Shown: positions 1 to 9,905, counted from the first letter of the stretch. The stretch: 64,000 nucleotides of DNA from Candidatus Methanophagales archaeon (GCA_030602585.1 JAUVZJ010000002.1:3262-67261); one strand, 5' to 3'. The notes: generated by a model from the sequence alone, not told the origin. Translations and numbers: made by a program.

Positions 1-243
1 TATCATTTTTTCCGCGTCAAAACTATCGCTGCTGAGCATTCTCACCGCTAAATTGACTATCCTTACTCTTATCCCATTTCGCTCCAGATGCTCCACGATG
101 GAAAAGAAACCTATTGGATACATCTCGAATAAGGGAGTTGAAGGGACTCCATCTGCAATCGGACCGAACATTATAGGATGCTTCCGAAAATCATACACTG
201 TTGGCGCATGGAGTAAGACTAAATGTGGGCTCGTAATGCTCAT
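1..243 (-). CDS. N-terminal fragment (81 aa, runs off the window edge) of a probable B12-binding/radical-SAM-type protein: MSITSPHLVLLHAPTVYDFRK...NGIRVRIVNL
   Basis: Reverse-strand translation from ATG at 243 is open to position 1. It is absent from the ORF track because it is truncated. The VLLHAP..YDFR / PIGF..I..L...G..V motif pattern resembles B12-binding-domain radical SAM N-termini. Confidence 0.35.
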   Translation of the reverse strand, partial: MSITSPHLVLLHAPTVYDFRKHPIMFGPIADGVPSTPLFEMYPIGFFSIVEHLERNGIRVRIVNLAVRMLSSDSFDAEKMI

Positions 244-396
244 TTTCACATCAATATTCTATTAATCCTTTTAACCATAACTTAATATTGCGGTATTATT
301 ATCATGTGAACTTTCGTGGTTTTCTACCATCCTATACATAACCGTGTGACACCATGAAAATATCGAAAAATTTATATATGTTATAAAAACAGGAAA

Positions 397-406
397 TTTA
401 TAAAAA
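397..406 (+). promoter_or_regulatory. Putative archaeal TATA box (tttataaaaa) about 40 nt upstream of mvhD ATG. A second TTTATATA lies at 371-378.
   Basis: A/T-rich TATA-like octamers sit upstream of the first gene of the hdr operon. Confidence 0.3.
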
Positions 407-444
407 GTTATTGTGAAAAGAAAGAACAGGTATGGGTGAGATAA

Positions 445-873
445 ATGGAAGAAGCGAAAGAGGGATTTGAGCCAAAGATAATCGGGTTTACCTGTAATTG
501 GTGTACGTATGCCGGAGCAGACCTTGCAGGGACGTCTCGAAAGAAATACCCACCGAACGTTCGGATAATAAGGCTTATGTGCTCAGGGAGGTTAGATCCG
601 ATGTTTGTGCTCAAAGTGTTATTAAATGGTGCGGACGGTGTTTTCATTGGGGGCTGTCATCCCGGGGAGTGTCATTATATAAAGGGGAACTTCTATGCCA
701 GACGCAGGATAGCGGCATTAAGAACTATCCTGAAGCAGTTCGGGCTGGATAACCGGGTTAGATCAGAGTGGATCAGTGCATCCGAGGGAGATAAGTTTGC
801 GAGAGTAATGAAGGAGATGGCGGAAGACATAAAGAAGTTGGGACCTAATCCTATGAGGGACAAGATACTATGA
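445..873 (+). CDS. mvhD: Methyl-viologen-reducing hydrogenase delta subunit-like protein (MvhD, [2Fe-2S])
   Basis: 142 aa. The conserved block IIGFTCNWCTYAGADLAG...RLMCSGRLDP...GADGVFIGGCHPGECHY is typical of MvhD. Its stop overlaps the next start. Confidence 0.85.
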   Translation: MEEAKEGFEPKIIGFTCNWCTYAGADLAGTSRKKYPPNVRIIRLMCSGRLDPMFVLKVLLNGADGVFIGGCHPGECHYIKGNFYARRRIAALRTILKQFGLDNRVRSEWISASEGDKFARVMKEMAEDIKKLGPNPMRDKIL

Positions 874-1937
874 AAGGAACAGAGCTAAAACAAGAGGATT
901 TGGAAGGGCTATTTAAGAGATTGCTGGAGAAGAAAGCAGTGGATTGTCTGGTATTGCCGCATAAAGTGGGTAACAACGTGGCATACATGCTTGTAAAGGA
1001 CGGTGATAAGATAGAATCGCCAGCAGCGTCGGCTATTTTCGCACCTTCATTCGGAGTAAACGCAGCAAATATCGTGAAGGGATGGACGATACCGGAGAGA
1101 GTAGGAATTGTGGCAAAACCCTGTGAGATAAGGGCGGCAATAGAATTGATGAAACTAAAGCAGATGGACAAGGATAGTGTGCTTCTGATAAGTGCGGATT
1201 GTTCGGGCGCCTTCACGAATCAGGATTATGCAGACCATGCAGGGGAGATAGGTGACTGGGTGGACAGTGGAAAGATAAACGAACTGAAAGATAAAGGGAT
1301 TGCGATACGAGAAGCCTGTGCAATCTGTGAGAATCGGCTTGCAGACGTCGGGGATATTATTATTGAACGTGTGGACGGAGGAAAGGTGCTGGTTGCGGGG
1401 ATAACGGACATGGGCGTTGAGGCATTGTCAAGCACGGAACTATCGCTGGAAGATAAGGATGTGGAAAGACAGGCTGAGAAAGAGAAGATAGCAGCGGATG
1501 CAAAGAAGGAGAAAGAGGAACTGCCAAAATTAAGCAGTGTGGAAGAGTTAGAAGAGTTCCTGAGGGACTGTATAGGGTGCAAGAACTGCCGTGATATGTG
1601 TCCAGTATGTTATTGCAAGGAGTGTTTCTTTGAACAGCCCCTGGGGAAACCTGTCGGTGGAGACTTATTGAACTTAGCAGAGCTGCGGAGTGCGATAGGT
1701 GTGCCAACAAACCAACTGTTATACCATCTCACGAGGATTTATCACGTCTGCACGACGTGCGTTGGATGTGGAGCCTGTGAGGACGCATGTCCGAAGAACA
1801 TACCATTGACGAGACTATATCCAATGATTGCGGAGAAGGTGCAGGAGATATTCGAGTATGAGCCAGGGAAGGACGTTGAGGAGCCGCTACCGTTTATCAC
1901 ATACGAAGAGGAAGAGCTGGAAGAGCACTTAAGGTAA
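870..1937 (+). CDS. F420-hydrogenase/dehydrogenase beta-subunit family protein (FrhB/FdhB-like) with C-terminal 2x[4Fe-4S] ferredoxin motifs
   Basis: The N-terminal FrhB-like region carries GIVAKPCEIRA. The C-terminus has CIGCKNCRDMCP and CTTCVGCGACEDACP. The gene overlaps mvhD in an ATGA pattern. Confidence 0.7.
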   Translation: MKGTELKQEDLEGLFKRLLEKKAVDCLVLPHKVGNNVAYMLVKDGDKIESPAASAIFAPSFGVNAANIVKGWTIPERVGIVAKPCEIRAAIELMKLKQMDKDSVLLISADCSGAFTNQDYADHAGEIGDWVDSGKINELKDKGIAIREACAICENRLADVGDIIIERVDGGKVLVAGITDMGVEALSSTELSLEDKDVERQAEKEKIAADAKKEKEELPKLSSVEELEEFLRDCIGCKNCRDMCPVCYCKECFFEQPLGKPVGGDLLNLAELRSAIGVPTNQLLYHLTRIYHVCTTCVGCGACEDACPKNIPLTRLYPMIAEKVQEIFEYEPGKDVEEPLPFITYEEEELEEHLR

Positions 1938-1938
1938 A

Positions 1939-2538
1939 ATGATAAAGACCTGGGAACTGGACCTGAACTTCAGGAATGAGATATTGAACGAGCCCGGGGG
2001 AGCGCATCTTTCGGCATGTTTCCAGTGCAGCACGTGCACGATAGGATGCCCGATTGCGGAAATTGTGCCGAGTTACAATCCGAGGAAGATTATCCAGATG
2101 AGCCTGTTGGGGATGCGAGAGGAAGTTCTGTCAAACCCGGATTTGTGGATTTGTGCTATCTGTCAGACGTGCACGGCGCGATGCCCGCAAGACGTGCGGA
2201 TTAGCGATTTGCTGGCTGCGATAAGGCGAATAGCAGAGAAAGATGCGGAAGCGGGCAAGTTGAAGATAGATAGCGTTAGACCACTGTTTGAGAAGGCATT
2301 TCTGCATCAATTAGAGAAGTATGGTCGGCTCTTTGATATGGGACTTGCAATGGAATTTTACAAGGGAAAAGAAGGGGGGTCGTTCATTAAAGGGCAATTA
2401 GCAATGATGAAGGATTTCAAGGATTTCGGAATGCGGATGTTCAAGAAAGGGAAAATGGGACCGAAGGCAATGTTCCCGGAGAAAGTGAAGAAAACGGAAG
2501 AGATAAAGAAGATTTTCGAGAAGGTGGAAGGAAAATGA
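1939..2538 (+). CDS. hdrC: Heterodisulfide reductase subunit C
   Basis: Two CxxCxxCxxxCP motifs are present: CFQCSTCTIGCP and CAICQTCTARCP. Length is 199 aa and the gene sits in an hdr operon. Confidence 0.85.
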   Translation: MIKTWELDLNFRNEILNEPGGAHLSACFQCSTCTIGCPIAEIVPSYNPRKIIQMSLLGMREEVLSNPDLWICAICQTCTARCPQDVRISDLLAAIRRIAEKDAEAGKLKIDSVRPLFEKAFLHQLEKYGRLFDMGLAMEFYKGKEGGSFIKGQLAMMKDFKDFGMRMFKKGKMGPKAMFPEKVKKTEEIKKIFEKVEGK

Positions 2539-3401
2539 GCGAAAAGAAACTTGCATACCATCCTGGATGTCCATCGGCAACGACCGCGATAGAGCAGGAT
2601 ATGTCAACAAAAGCAGTATTTGAGAAATTAGGGATTGAACTGGCGGAGATGGAGGACTGGAACTGCTGCGGAGCGGCGGAAGCAGAGGACCCGATATTAG
2701 TGTATGCGTTAAATGCGAGGAATCTTGCTATTGCCGAAAAGGACGGGTTGGACATTGTAACACCGTGCAGTATATGTTATTACAATTTAGCGAGGACTGA
2801 CAAGGCGTTGAGGGAAGATGAAGGCTTACGTGCGAAAATGAGTGAGATAGATGATTCCCTCAACTATAAGGGGACGATAAAGGCGAGACACATACTGGAC
2901 GTCCTCGTAAACGGGATAGGCATGGATGAATTGTCAGGTAAGATAGAGAAGAAGGTAAACGTGAAGGTAGCGCCGTATTATGGTTGTTATATAGGGCGAC
3001 CAGGCGAGACGGCTTTTGATGACCCCGACGACCCGGATTTGATGGACAAGTTGATAGAATTGATAGGTGGAGAAAACGTTCAGTTCAGTAGCATGAAGAC
3101 GAAGTGCTGTGGAGGACCGCTGATGATGACGAGAGAGGATATAGCATTTGAGATGGCGAGGAAGGTACTGGAGTCGGCGAAGAATGCTGGTGCGGACTGT
3201 ATTGCACTTGCATGTCCACTGTGCGGTATGATGCTGGATGCGAAGCAGCCCGATATGGAAAAGAAGTTAAAAATCACAATCGAAATGCCGGTAGTTTACA
3301 TCACGCAGTTGTTGGGTCTCGCGCTTGGGATAGACTCGAATAAACTCGGTTTTAATAAAAATATCGTATCCACGAAAGAAATTCTTGGGAAGGTGATATA
3401 A
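2535..3401 (+). CDS. hdrB: Heterodisulfide reductase subunit B (two CCG domains)
   Basis: CCG-domain signatures are present: NCCGA...PCSICY and KCCGG...CPLCG. The gene overlaps hdrC by 4 nt. Confidence 0.85.
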   Translation: MSEKKLAYHPGCPSATTAIEQDMSTKAVFEKLGIELAEMEDWNCCGAAEAEDPILVYALNARNLAIAEKDGLDIVTPCSICYYNLARTDKALREDEGLRAKMSEIDDSLNYKGTIKARHILDVLVNGIGMDELSGKIEKKVNVKVAPYYGCYIGRPGETAFDDPDDPDLMDKLIELIGGENVQFSSMKTKCCGGPLMMTREDIAFEMARKVLESAKNAGADCIALACPLCGMMLDAKQPDMEKKLKITIEMPVVYITQLLGLALGIDSNKLGFNKNIVSTKEILGKVI

Positions 3402-6119
3402 ATGGGAATTGCGATTATTGGAGGAGGCGTTGCAGGGATTACGGCAGCTCTTGACCTCGCGGATTCCGGGTTCAAAGTATATTTAATAGAGAAGAATGCG
3501 GAACTCGGCGGTAAGATGGCGGAGCTTGCGGAATGCAAGACCGGGTTATCACCGAAGATAATGGAAATAGAAAATCATCCGAACATAGAACTGTTGTTGT
3601 CAAGCGAGTTAGAGAGTTTATCCGGGTCGGCGGGAGAGTTCAAGTTGAAAGTGTCGGGTAAGGAGATAGAAGCGGAGAGCGTGGTGCTGGCACCGGGATA
3701 CGATGTGTTCGATGAAATACCGAAGAGTTATGCAATAGGGCATCCGGACGTTGTCACTTCGTTAGAATTTGAAGGTATTCTCATGAATGCGACTGCGAGT
3801 GAGACTGGGGAATTGTTGCGACCATCAGATGGTAAACGAGTGAAAAAGATAGGTTTTATCCAGTGTATTGGGTCGAGATGCCAAGAGAACGAGATATGCT
3901 CGACTGCGTGCTGCGCGTACACGGCGAAAGAAGCGTGGGAAGTGAAGGAAAGATACCCTGACATGGATATTTACGTCTTCTACATGGATATAAGAGTGTT
4001 TGGCAAGGATGAGGAACTGGTGGCGGAATTAAAGGATAAATATGGCGTGAAGTACATAAGGTCAAGGGTTCCGGAGGTTATGCAGGAGAATGGTGCCCTG
4101 TCAGTTAAGTTTGAGAACTTAGAGAAAGGAGCAATAGATAAATTAGACCTCGATATGGTGGTTCTTGCAGTTGGACTTCTGCCATCGAAGACATTAAGCA
4201 GGCTTGCAGAAATAACGGGCGTGAAAACTGATAAATACGGTTATCTTGAGACGAGTATCACGAACCCGATGGAAACAAGTGTCAGCGGTGTGTTCGCATG
4301 TGGAACGGCAACGGCACCGATGAAGGTTCGTGAAAGTGTTGCGCAGGCAAGTGGTGCGGCATTAAATGCAGCGCTTCTTTCAGAGAGAACGGAGATGATT
4401 CCGGGGCAGGAGGAGCGTAAATACGTTGAAGCGGGCGAGGAGCTGAAGATAGGCGTTTTTATATGCGGTTGTGAAGGCGAGGTCGGGAAGTCTGTGGATA
4501 TACCTGCGGTTGCGGAACGAGTGAAACAACTGAAGGGCGTTGTTGATGTGAACAGCGAAACGGACACAATGGAAGCGGCGATGGAAGCGATAGAGGGTGG
4601 AATAGTGGACCAGGGGTTGAACAGGATTGTATTTGCGGGATATTCACCGAGGAAGTATGAGGATACAGCCAGGGATGCATGCGCAAAGGCAGGATTGAAT
4701 CCTTATTTACTGGAGATGGTGAACTTAAGGGAACAGTGTGCGTGTGTTTACGATAAAGGAGCAGCGACAGAAGCGGCGGTTGATCTGATACTCATGGCGG
4801 TAGAGCGAGCGCGGTATCTTGAAGAGATTCCAGTCGAGAGGTATCCGGTGATACCGAAAGCACTTGTTATCGGCGGTGGCGTGTCCGGGATGAATGCAAC
4901 GCTTGGTATTGCAGATGCAGGCTATGAAGTATATTTAGTGGAGAAAGAGCCGGAATTAGGTGGCAGTTTGAGAGAGAACATCGAGTTACAGAGTGGAGAG
5001 AAATCTTCTGACGTTTTAAAAGAATTTATTGATAGAGTACAGAGTAACGAGCGGATAAATGTATATACGAATGCGAAGGAAGAGGATGTCACGGGAAGAG
5101 CAGGTTCGTTTAAGGCGAAGATAGTCGGAGAGGGAGCAAACGAGGATATAGACTTCGGTGCTTGTATAATTGCGACCGGAACGAATGAATCCGTGCCTGA
5201 AGGTTACTATGGCTATGGTAAAGATAAAAATGTGGTAACGCAACCAGAGTTTGGGAAGATACTGGGAGGCGCATTATCCGCGAACACTGTTGTTATGATT
5301 CAAGATGTGGGACCGGATGGAGGAGTGAATCCAAAGTATAGCAGTATCGAATTGATGAATAACGTGTTAAAAGCGAAGGATAAGAACCCTGATTTGAATG
5401 TATTCGTGCTGTACCAGGACATTAAGACATACGGTAAGTGGGAAGTGCTATACAAAGAGGCAAGAGAAAAAGGCGTGATATTCCTCAGATACGATAAAGA
5501 TAAGCCGCCAAAATATGAAGATGGGATTGTTTCGGTCCACGATGTGATATTAAACGATGAGATACAGATAAAGCCTGATTTGGTGGTGCTCAGCACGCCG
5601 GCAATGCCCGCAGAGGAGAACGAGAGACTGAGCAAGATGTTCAAAATCCCTCTTAAGAAGGGGTTCTTCATGGAGGAGCAGGAACGACCAAAGATGGTAT
5701 TAACTCCGGTTGACACGGTGAACGAAGGAGTGTTCATCTGTGGTTCCGCGGTTTATCCAGCACTGATAGATGAATGCCTTGCGATGAGCAGTGCAGCAGC
5801 ATCGAGGGCATGTGTGCTGTTAGCAAAAGATTTCATCGAGACGCCTGCGGTGACTTCGGTAGTTGACGAGCTGATATGTTCAGGCTGCGGCGTGTGTGTG
5901 GATATGTGTCCGGTTGAGGCGATAGAGTTGACCGAGGAGCCGGTGCCTGTGGTTACTTTCGGCGTGGCGACGGTGATAAGCGGGACGAAGAGGGTTGCGA
6001 AGGTCAATGATGGCTGTATGGGTTGCGGAAGTTGCGCTTCTTATTGCCCTTCAGGAGCGATGTCGTTGAAGCATTTCAGGGATAAGCAGGTTTACGCTCA
6101 GTTGGATTATGCGGTGTGA
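3402..6119 (+). CDS. hdrA: HdrA-like flavoprotein, tandem architecture. It consists of an FAD-binding half-module, then an HdrA N-terminal Cys domain, a second FAD module and C-terminal 2x[4Fe-4S] ferredoxin.
   Basis: Two Rossmann GxGxxG motifs are present: IIGGGVAGITAAL and VIGGGVSGMNATL. It also has CIGSRCQEN...CSTACC, VFICGCEGEV and the C-terminal CSGCGVCVDMCP / CMGCGSCASYCP. Its start immediately follows the hdrB stop. Confidence 0.8.
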   Translation: MGIAIIGGGVAGITAALDLADSGFKVYLIEKNAELGGKMAELAECKTGLSPKIMEIENHPNIELLLSSELESLSGSAGEFKLKVSGKEIEAESVVLAPGYDVFDEIPKSYAIGHPDVVTSLEFEGILMNATASETGELLRPSDGKRVKKIGFIQCIGSRCQENEICSTACCAYTAKEAWEVKERYPDMDIYVFYMDIRVFGKDEELVAELKDKYGVKYIRSRVPEVMQENGALSVKFENLEKGAIDKLDLDMVVLAVGLLPSKTLSRLAEITGVKTDKYGYLETSITNPMETSVSGVFACGTATAPMKVRESVAQASGAALNAALLSERTEMIPGQEERKYVEAGEELKIGVFICGCEGEVGKSVDIPAVAERVKQLKGVVDVNSETDTMEAAMEAIEGGIVDQGLNRIVFAGYSPRKYEDTARDACAKAGLNPYLLEMVNLREQCACVYDKGAATEAAVDLILMAVERARYLEEIPVERYPVIPKALVIGGGVSGMNATLGIADAGYEVYLVEKEPELGGSLRENIELQSGEKSSDVLKEFIDRVQSNERINVYTNAKEEDVTGRAGSFKAKIVGEGANEDIDFGACIIATGTNESVPEGYYGYGKDKNVVTQPEFGKILGGALSANTVVMIQDVGPDGGVNPKYSSIELMNNVLKAKDKNPDLNVFVLYQDIKTYGKWEVLYKEAREKGVIFLRYDKDKPPKYEDGIVSVHDVILNDEIQIKPDLVVLSTPAMPAEENERLSKMFKIPLKKGFFMEEQERPKMVLTPVDTVNEGVFICGSAVYPALIDECLAMSSAAASRACVLLAKDFIETPAVTSVVDELICSGCGVCVDMCPVEAIELTEEPVPVVTFGVATVISGTKRVAKVNDGCMGCGSCASYCPSGAMSLKHFRDKQVYAQLDYAV

Positions 6120-6130
6120 GACATAGTCCA

Positions 6131-6150
6131 CTGGGTTTTTCTTTTTTATT
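6131..6150 (+). terminator. Oligo-T tract (tgggtttttcttttttatt) after hdrA
   Basis: A T-rich run lies directly downstream of the operon stop. Archaeal terminators are oligo-T. Confidence 0.3.
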
Positions 6151-6270
6151 AATGTCGGATGTGTTTTTATGTATCATTTAACGGACCGAAGGTTCCAAGG
6201 TCGCTGTTTGAATGAGAAATAGACAATGGTGTTGACAGATGTCTAAAGCACAAAGGCTTAAAAGGGTTGA

Positions 6271-7965
6271 TTGCTCAAAAGTTTTATAAAGAGAGAAATA
6301 TCATTTAGATATAAAATGAGGATCGAAGCGTTCACCATAAAAAACTATAGAAGTATTAAAGAACTTAAAATCGAAAATCTAAATCCCGTTAACGTATTTT
6401 TTGGTAAAAATAATGTAGGTAAGTCAAACATACTCCGGGGTTTACATCAGGCATTTTTCTGCCTTAAAAACGATAGAATATTTTTGCCCGACACTATGTT
6501 TTATAATAGGGATATATACAAACCCATTGAAATCGCAGTTGAACTGATTTTGGAAGAGGACTTTTACGATATTGAAAAAGTCAATAGCGCTTTAAAGGGG
6601 GGAATAGATAAAATTCATTCGGCGATTGCCTACGACCAAGAAATATTCATGGATAGTATAAAGGAAGTAGAGCAGTTTATAGAAGAATCGGAGTCATTTA
6701 AACCTTTGAAAAAGGTGGGTTTAAAAATGCATCTTGATTACAACGAAGGAACAACCGATATTGGCGTTTCAATTGAAGATTTAGAATCTGATTACAGGTT
6801 TGATTATGGAAAATACCGAATTTTGTATGAAAAGTTAAAACGCACTATCTTGGGAGGAATAAATAACAAAATAGAACGATTAAGTGATTCGTTTTTATCC
6901 CAATTATCTCCTTTGGAAATTGATGCGGGGGAGGAGGTAAGGGAGATCCTCTTCTATCTCTTGAAGCGTCGCGTTCGTGGTATAGGTGGCATAGAATATA
7001 GGCATTACATGGAACGTCTAAGAAAATATTTAAAAGATATACAAGATACCGACAAAAAAGAAGAAGTTTTGTCCCTATTAGAGCAATATGAAGAAATACT
7101 TATAGACTCAGAAGGTCTACTGACAGAACCCTTTTCCACGACTTTCCGCATAGTAAAAGAATACTTCGATAAAATATCCGATAATTTTATATTGATTCCT
7201 AACAAGGAATATTTCCCGAAAGGTCCTTTCACTGAAAAGGGCGGAGAACAAATAGAAATCTTTGAAATCGAGAGATTTGAGGACAAATTGCTTTCGCTCA
7301 TTGAATCGCCAAGCAAAAAGGAACGAACACTTATTCAAAACTTTAATGATATTTGGAGCAGATCATACGGAGATTTGGGAGAACTCGAAATTAGAAAGTT
7401 TCGGGAAGAAGTGTTTGCAATTTTTGATACGGGCTTTACTGCACTTCCCATTGAAGATCAAGGTCTGGGTATGCAAGACCTGTTTCTTTATCTCGCACAC
7501 ATGCTTCTGTTCGATACTGCTATCATAGCAATTGAAGAACCAGAGGGAGGTTTGTCCACAGAAAACCAAATAACTTTGCATAATATCATCGAAGATGTTT
7601 ACTCAGGAAGCGATAAGCAAATTTTCATCTCTTCGCACTCTAAAGAATTTGAAACACCAAGCAGTTATATCATTGAGATGGGCAAAGGAGGAACAAAAGA
7701 AATCAGTAGAAGGGAAAAGGAAAAAGAATATGAAGAAAAGATTGATGGGATATTAATCGGTAGGAGACTGGAGGAGGAAAAAGAGCAGTATGAAGCTCTG
7801 CTCAGAGAAGTTACCGAACGGGAAATAACCCTCGACATACTGAATCATATCAGCAAACTGGGGGATGAAGAAAAAGTTGATGCGCAGAAGATTTCTAATG
7901 AGTTAGGCTATAAAAAAGAAAAAGTTGAAGAAGTCTTGAGGGAAATCGCAGGGAGAAGAATATGA
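6271..7965 (+). CDS. ABC-type (AAA_15/AAA_21, RecF/SMC-like) ATPase with a roughly 340-aa insertion between the Walker A and signature/Walker B halves, plus a C-terminal winged-helix. The start is more likely at Met16 (6316).
   Basis: The N-terminus IEAFTIKNYRSIKELKIENLNPVNVFFGKNNVGKSNIL matches the RecF-like head with Walker A. The C-terminal block DQGLGMQDLFLYLAHMLLFDTAIIAIEEPEGGLS...IFISSHS matches the signature, Walker B, D-loop and H-loop. The last 60 aa or so (ITLDILNHISKLGDEEKVDAQKISNELGY..VEEVLREIA) look like a wHTH. Composition is AT-rich, unlike the flanks. Confidence 0.6.
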   Translation: MLKSFIKREISFRYKMRIEAFTIKNYRSIKELKIENLNPVNVFFGKNNVGKSNILRGLHQAFFCLKNDRIFLPDTMFYNRDIYKPIEIAVELILEEDFYDIEKVNSALKGGIDKIHSAIAYDQEIFMDSIKEVEQFIEESESFKPLKKVGLKMHLDYNEGTTDIGVSIEDLESDYRFDYGKYRILYEKLKRTILGGINNKIERLSDSFLSQLSPLEIDAGEEVREILFYLLKRRVRGIGGIEYRHYMERLRKYLKDIQDTDKKEEVLSLLEQYEEILIDSEGLLTEPFSTTFRIVKEYFDKISDNFILIPNKEYFPKGPFTEKGGEQIEIFEIERFEDKLLSLIESPSKKERTLIQNFNDIWSRSYGDLGELEIRKFREEVFAIFDTGFTALPIEDQGLGMQDLFLYLAHMLLFDTAIIAIEEPEGGLSTENQITLHNIIEDVYSGSDKQIFISSHSKEFETPSSYIIEMGKGGTKEISRREKEKEYEEKIDGILIGRRLEEEKEQYEALLREVTEREITLDILNHISKLGDEEKVDAQKISNELGYKKEKVEEVLREIAGRRI

Positions 7966-8399
7966 GTGAACCGCCTCTTATAAGCGATATAAAAAATATC
8001 GCACAAGAGATGACAGAAGAAATATTAAGAGAACAACGAAAAACCAGAAGCGAGATTAGCGAAAAGATAAATGGAAGTCGTTCGGAGATTATTACCGTAA
8101 TATTTTCAGAAAGTAGAAAAATAAGGCAAGAAATTGGGTATCAAACTATGATGCTAAAAATATTAGGGGATAATCTGAGCGAAATACAATTTGATGAAGA
8201 AACCGGGATTTCTTCCAAGATCGAAGTAAGTGTCGGAGCGGAGATTTTCGGAACGGGAGCAAAGTGGATTTTGGATATTGACGTTGCTAAAGTGAGTTAT
8301 TCTGATTTGCTTCGGGCTATACAAGAGTATCCCGGGATTCCGCCTAAGTTAAAGAAAAAAGCGAAATCAAAACTTGAAGGAGTCGCAAATTCGGGCTAA
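7962..8399 (+). CDS. Hypothetical 145-aa protein, translationally coupled (ATGA overlap) to the upstream ATPase. It has no Cys or His.
   Basis: The ORF start overlaps the ATPase stop and shares its AT-rich codon usage. I recognise no family. It lacks HNH or Toprim motifs. Confidence 0.45.
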   Translation: MSEPPLISDIKNIAQEMTEEILREQRKTRSEISEKINGSRSEIITVIFSESRKIRQEIGYQTMMLKILGDNLSEIQFDEETGISSKIEVSVGAEIFGTGAKWILDIDVAKVSYSDLLRAIQEYPGIPPKLKKKAKSKLEGVANSG

Positions 8400-8569
8400 T
8401 TATACAGAATCGCCTTGCTATTTTTGTTTGACCACCCGCTGCAATTCTACCCTTTTTCTCCCAGTTTACATTCCATTGTTTCAATCAACCTTTTCTCTGA
8501 AGCAAAGTAAAAAGCATTTCAATAAACACTTTTTAGAAAATGGGTTTAATTTAGAATGTGATATGAAAA

Positions 8570-9877
8570 ATGAACATGCTAATCAAGAACCGGAAATACG
8601 CAACCGAAATAACCGCAGATGATGACGGAGAACGTGTGAGCATAGCAGGCTGGGTGCATGAGAAACGGGATTTAGGCGGTGTCTTTTTCCTTATCGTGCG
8701 AGACCTTAAAGGCGTTGCTCAGGTTACACTGCACAAGGGCGAAGGTGAGCAGCAGGAACTGCTTGGACGGATGAAAAAAGTACCTCGTGAATCAGTAGTG
8801 GCGATAGAAGGTGAAGTAAAGAGCGAGAAAAAGGCGCCGAATGGATATGAGATATTACCCAAACGAATGGAAGTTCTAAGCGAGGCATCGCAAGTTTTAC
8901 CGCTGGATACCACAGGAAAAGTTGGTGCAGAGCTGGATACGAGGTTGGATGCGAGATTCATGGACCTGAGAACCGAGAGAACAAAGCAGATATTTATTAT
9001 TCGCAGTCGTGTTCTCAAGGCGATGAGAGATTTCTTCGACGAGCGCGGTTTTATAGAAATAAACACGTCAAAGATAGTAAGTGCAGCGACGGAAGGCGGC
9101 ACTGCTCTATTCCCTATTTCTTATTTTGAACGAGAAGCGTTCTTAAATCAGAGCCCACAGCTTTACAAGCAGATGCTCATGGCTTCTGGCTTTGACCGCG
9201 TGTATGAAATAGCGCCGATATTCAGGGCTGAGGAGCATGACACCACGAAACACCTTAACGAAGCTACTTCGGTGGATATAGAAGTTGCATTTGTATCTGA
9301 TGATGAGGTAATGAAGATATTAGAGGAGCTTATTGCATTTGTATATTCAAAGGTTGTGGATTATCCGGGCTTAGCCAAGCTGAATTTGAACCTGGAAGTT
9401 CCAAAGATGCCATTCAGGCGTATAACTTATGATGAAGCGATAGAGCTACTTTCCGGGGCAGGTGAGCAGATAGAATGGGGCGAAGACCTCGGCACTTCTG
9501 CTGAACATACGCTGGGCGGGATAATAGGCGAGCTTTATTTCATCACGGACTGGCCATGTGCGATAAAACCGTTTTATGCACAGCCGGTTGCCGGGGATAA
9601 AGATATTTGCGATGCGTTTGACCTGATGCATCCAAGATTAGAGCTTGCATCAGGCTCGCAGCGTGTTCATTCATACGAGCTGCTGAAGAAGAACATAGAA
9701 TCAAAAGGACTGAGTGCGGATAATTTTGAGTTTTATCTCGACGCTTTTCGTTTTGGTATGCCGCCGCATGCGGGCTGGGGGCTTGGCGTTGAAAGACTGT
9801 TGATGAGCATGCTGGAGATAGAAAACATAAGGGAAGTGGTACTTTTCCCTCGTGATAGGAGAAGGCTGGCACCGTGA
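8570..9877 (+). CDS. aspS: Aspartyl-tRNA synthetase, archaeal type
   Basis: 435 aa. An N-terminal OB anticodon-binding region is followed by class II motifs (FRAEE...; GLGVERLLM). Confidence 0.9.
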   Translation: MNMLIKNRKYATEITADDDGERVSIAGWVHEKRDLGGVFFLIVRDLKGVAQVTLHKGEGEQQELLGRMKKVPRESVVAIEGEVKSEKKAPNGYEILPKRMEVLSEASQVLPLDTTGKVGAELDTRLDARFMDLRTERTKQIFIIRSRVLKAMRDFFDERGFIEINTSKIVSAATEGGTALFPISYFEREAFLNQSPQLYKQMLMASGFDRVYEIAPIFRAEEHDTTKHLNEATSVDIEVAFVSDDEVMKILEELIAFVYSKVVDYPGLAKLNLNLEVPKMPFRRITYDEAIELLSGAGEQIEWGEDLGTSAEHTLGGIIGELYFITDWPCAIKPFYAQPVAGDKDICDAFDLMHPRLELASGSQRVHSYELLKKNIESKGLSADNFEFYLDAFRFGMPPHAGWGLGVERLLMSMLEIENIREVVLFPRDRRRLAP

Positions 9878-9905
9878 TGTGTATGCGGAGAAAAAAAGCA
9901 AAAAA

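Noticed and set aside
1226-1710. Antisense ORFs (118 and 116 aa) inside the frhB-like gene. Similar antisense ORFs occur elsewhere, e.g. 9543-10307, 12858-13271, 45224-45823, 57000-57473 and 61283-62187.
   Set aside because: The translations are low-complexity and Ser/Pro/Leu-rich. They lie wholly inside well-supported genes on the opposite strand. They are typical spurious ORFs of moderately GC-rich coding DNA.
8374-8622. 82-aa ORF between the small island protein and aspS
   Set aside because: It overlaps the aspS start region, has hydrophobic low-complexity composition and no support. The region more likely holds the aspS promoter.
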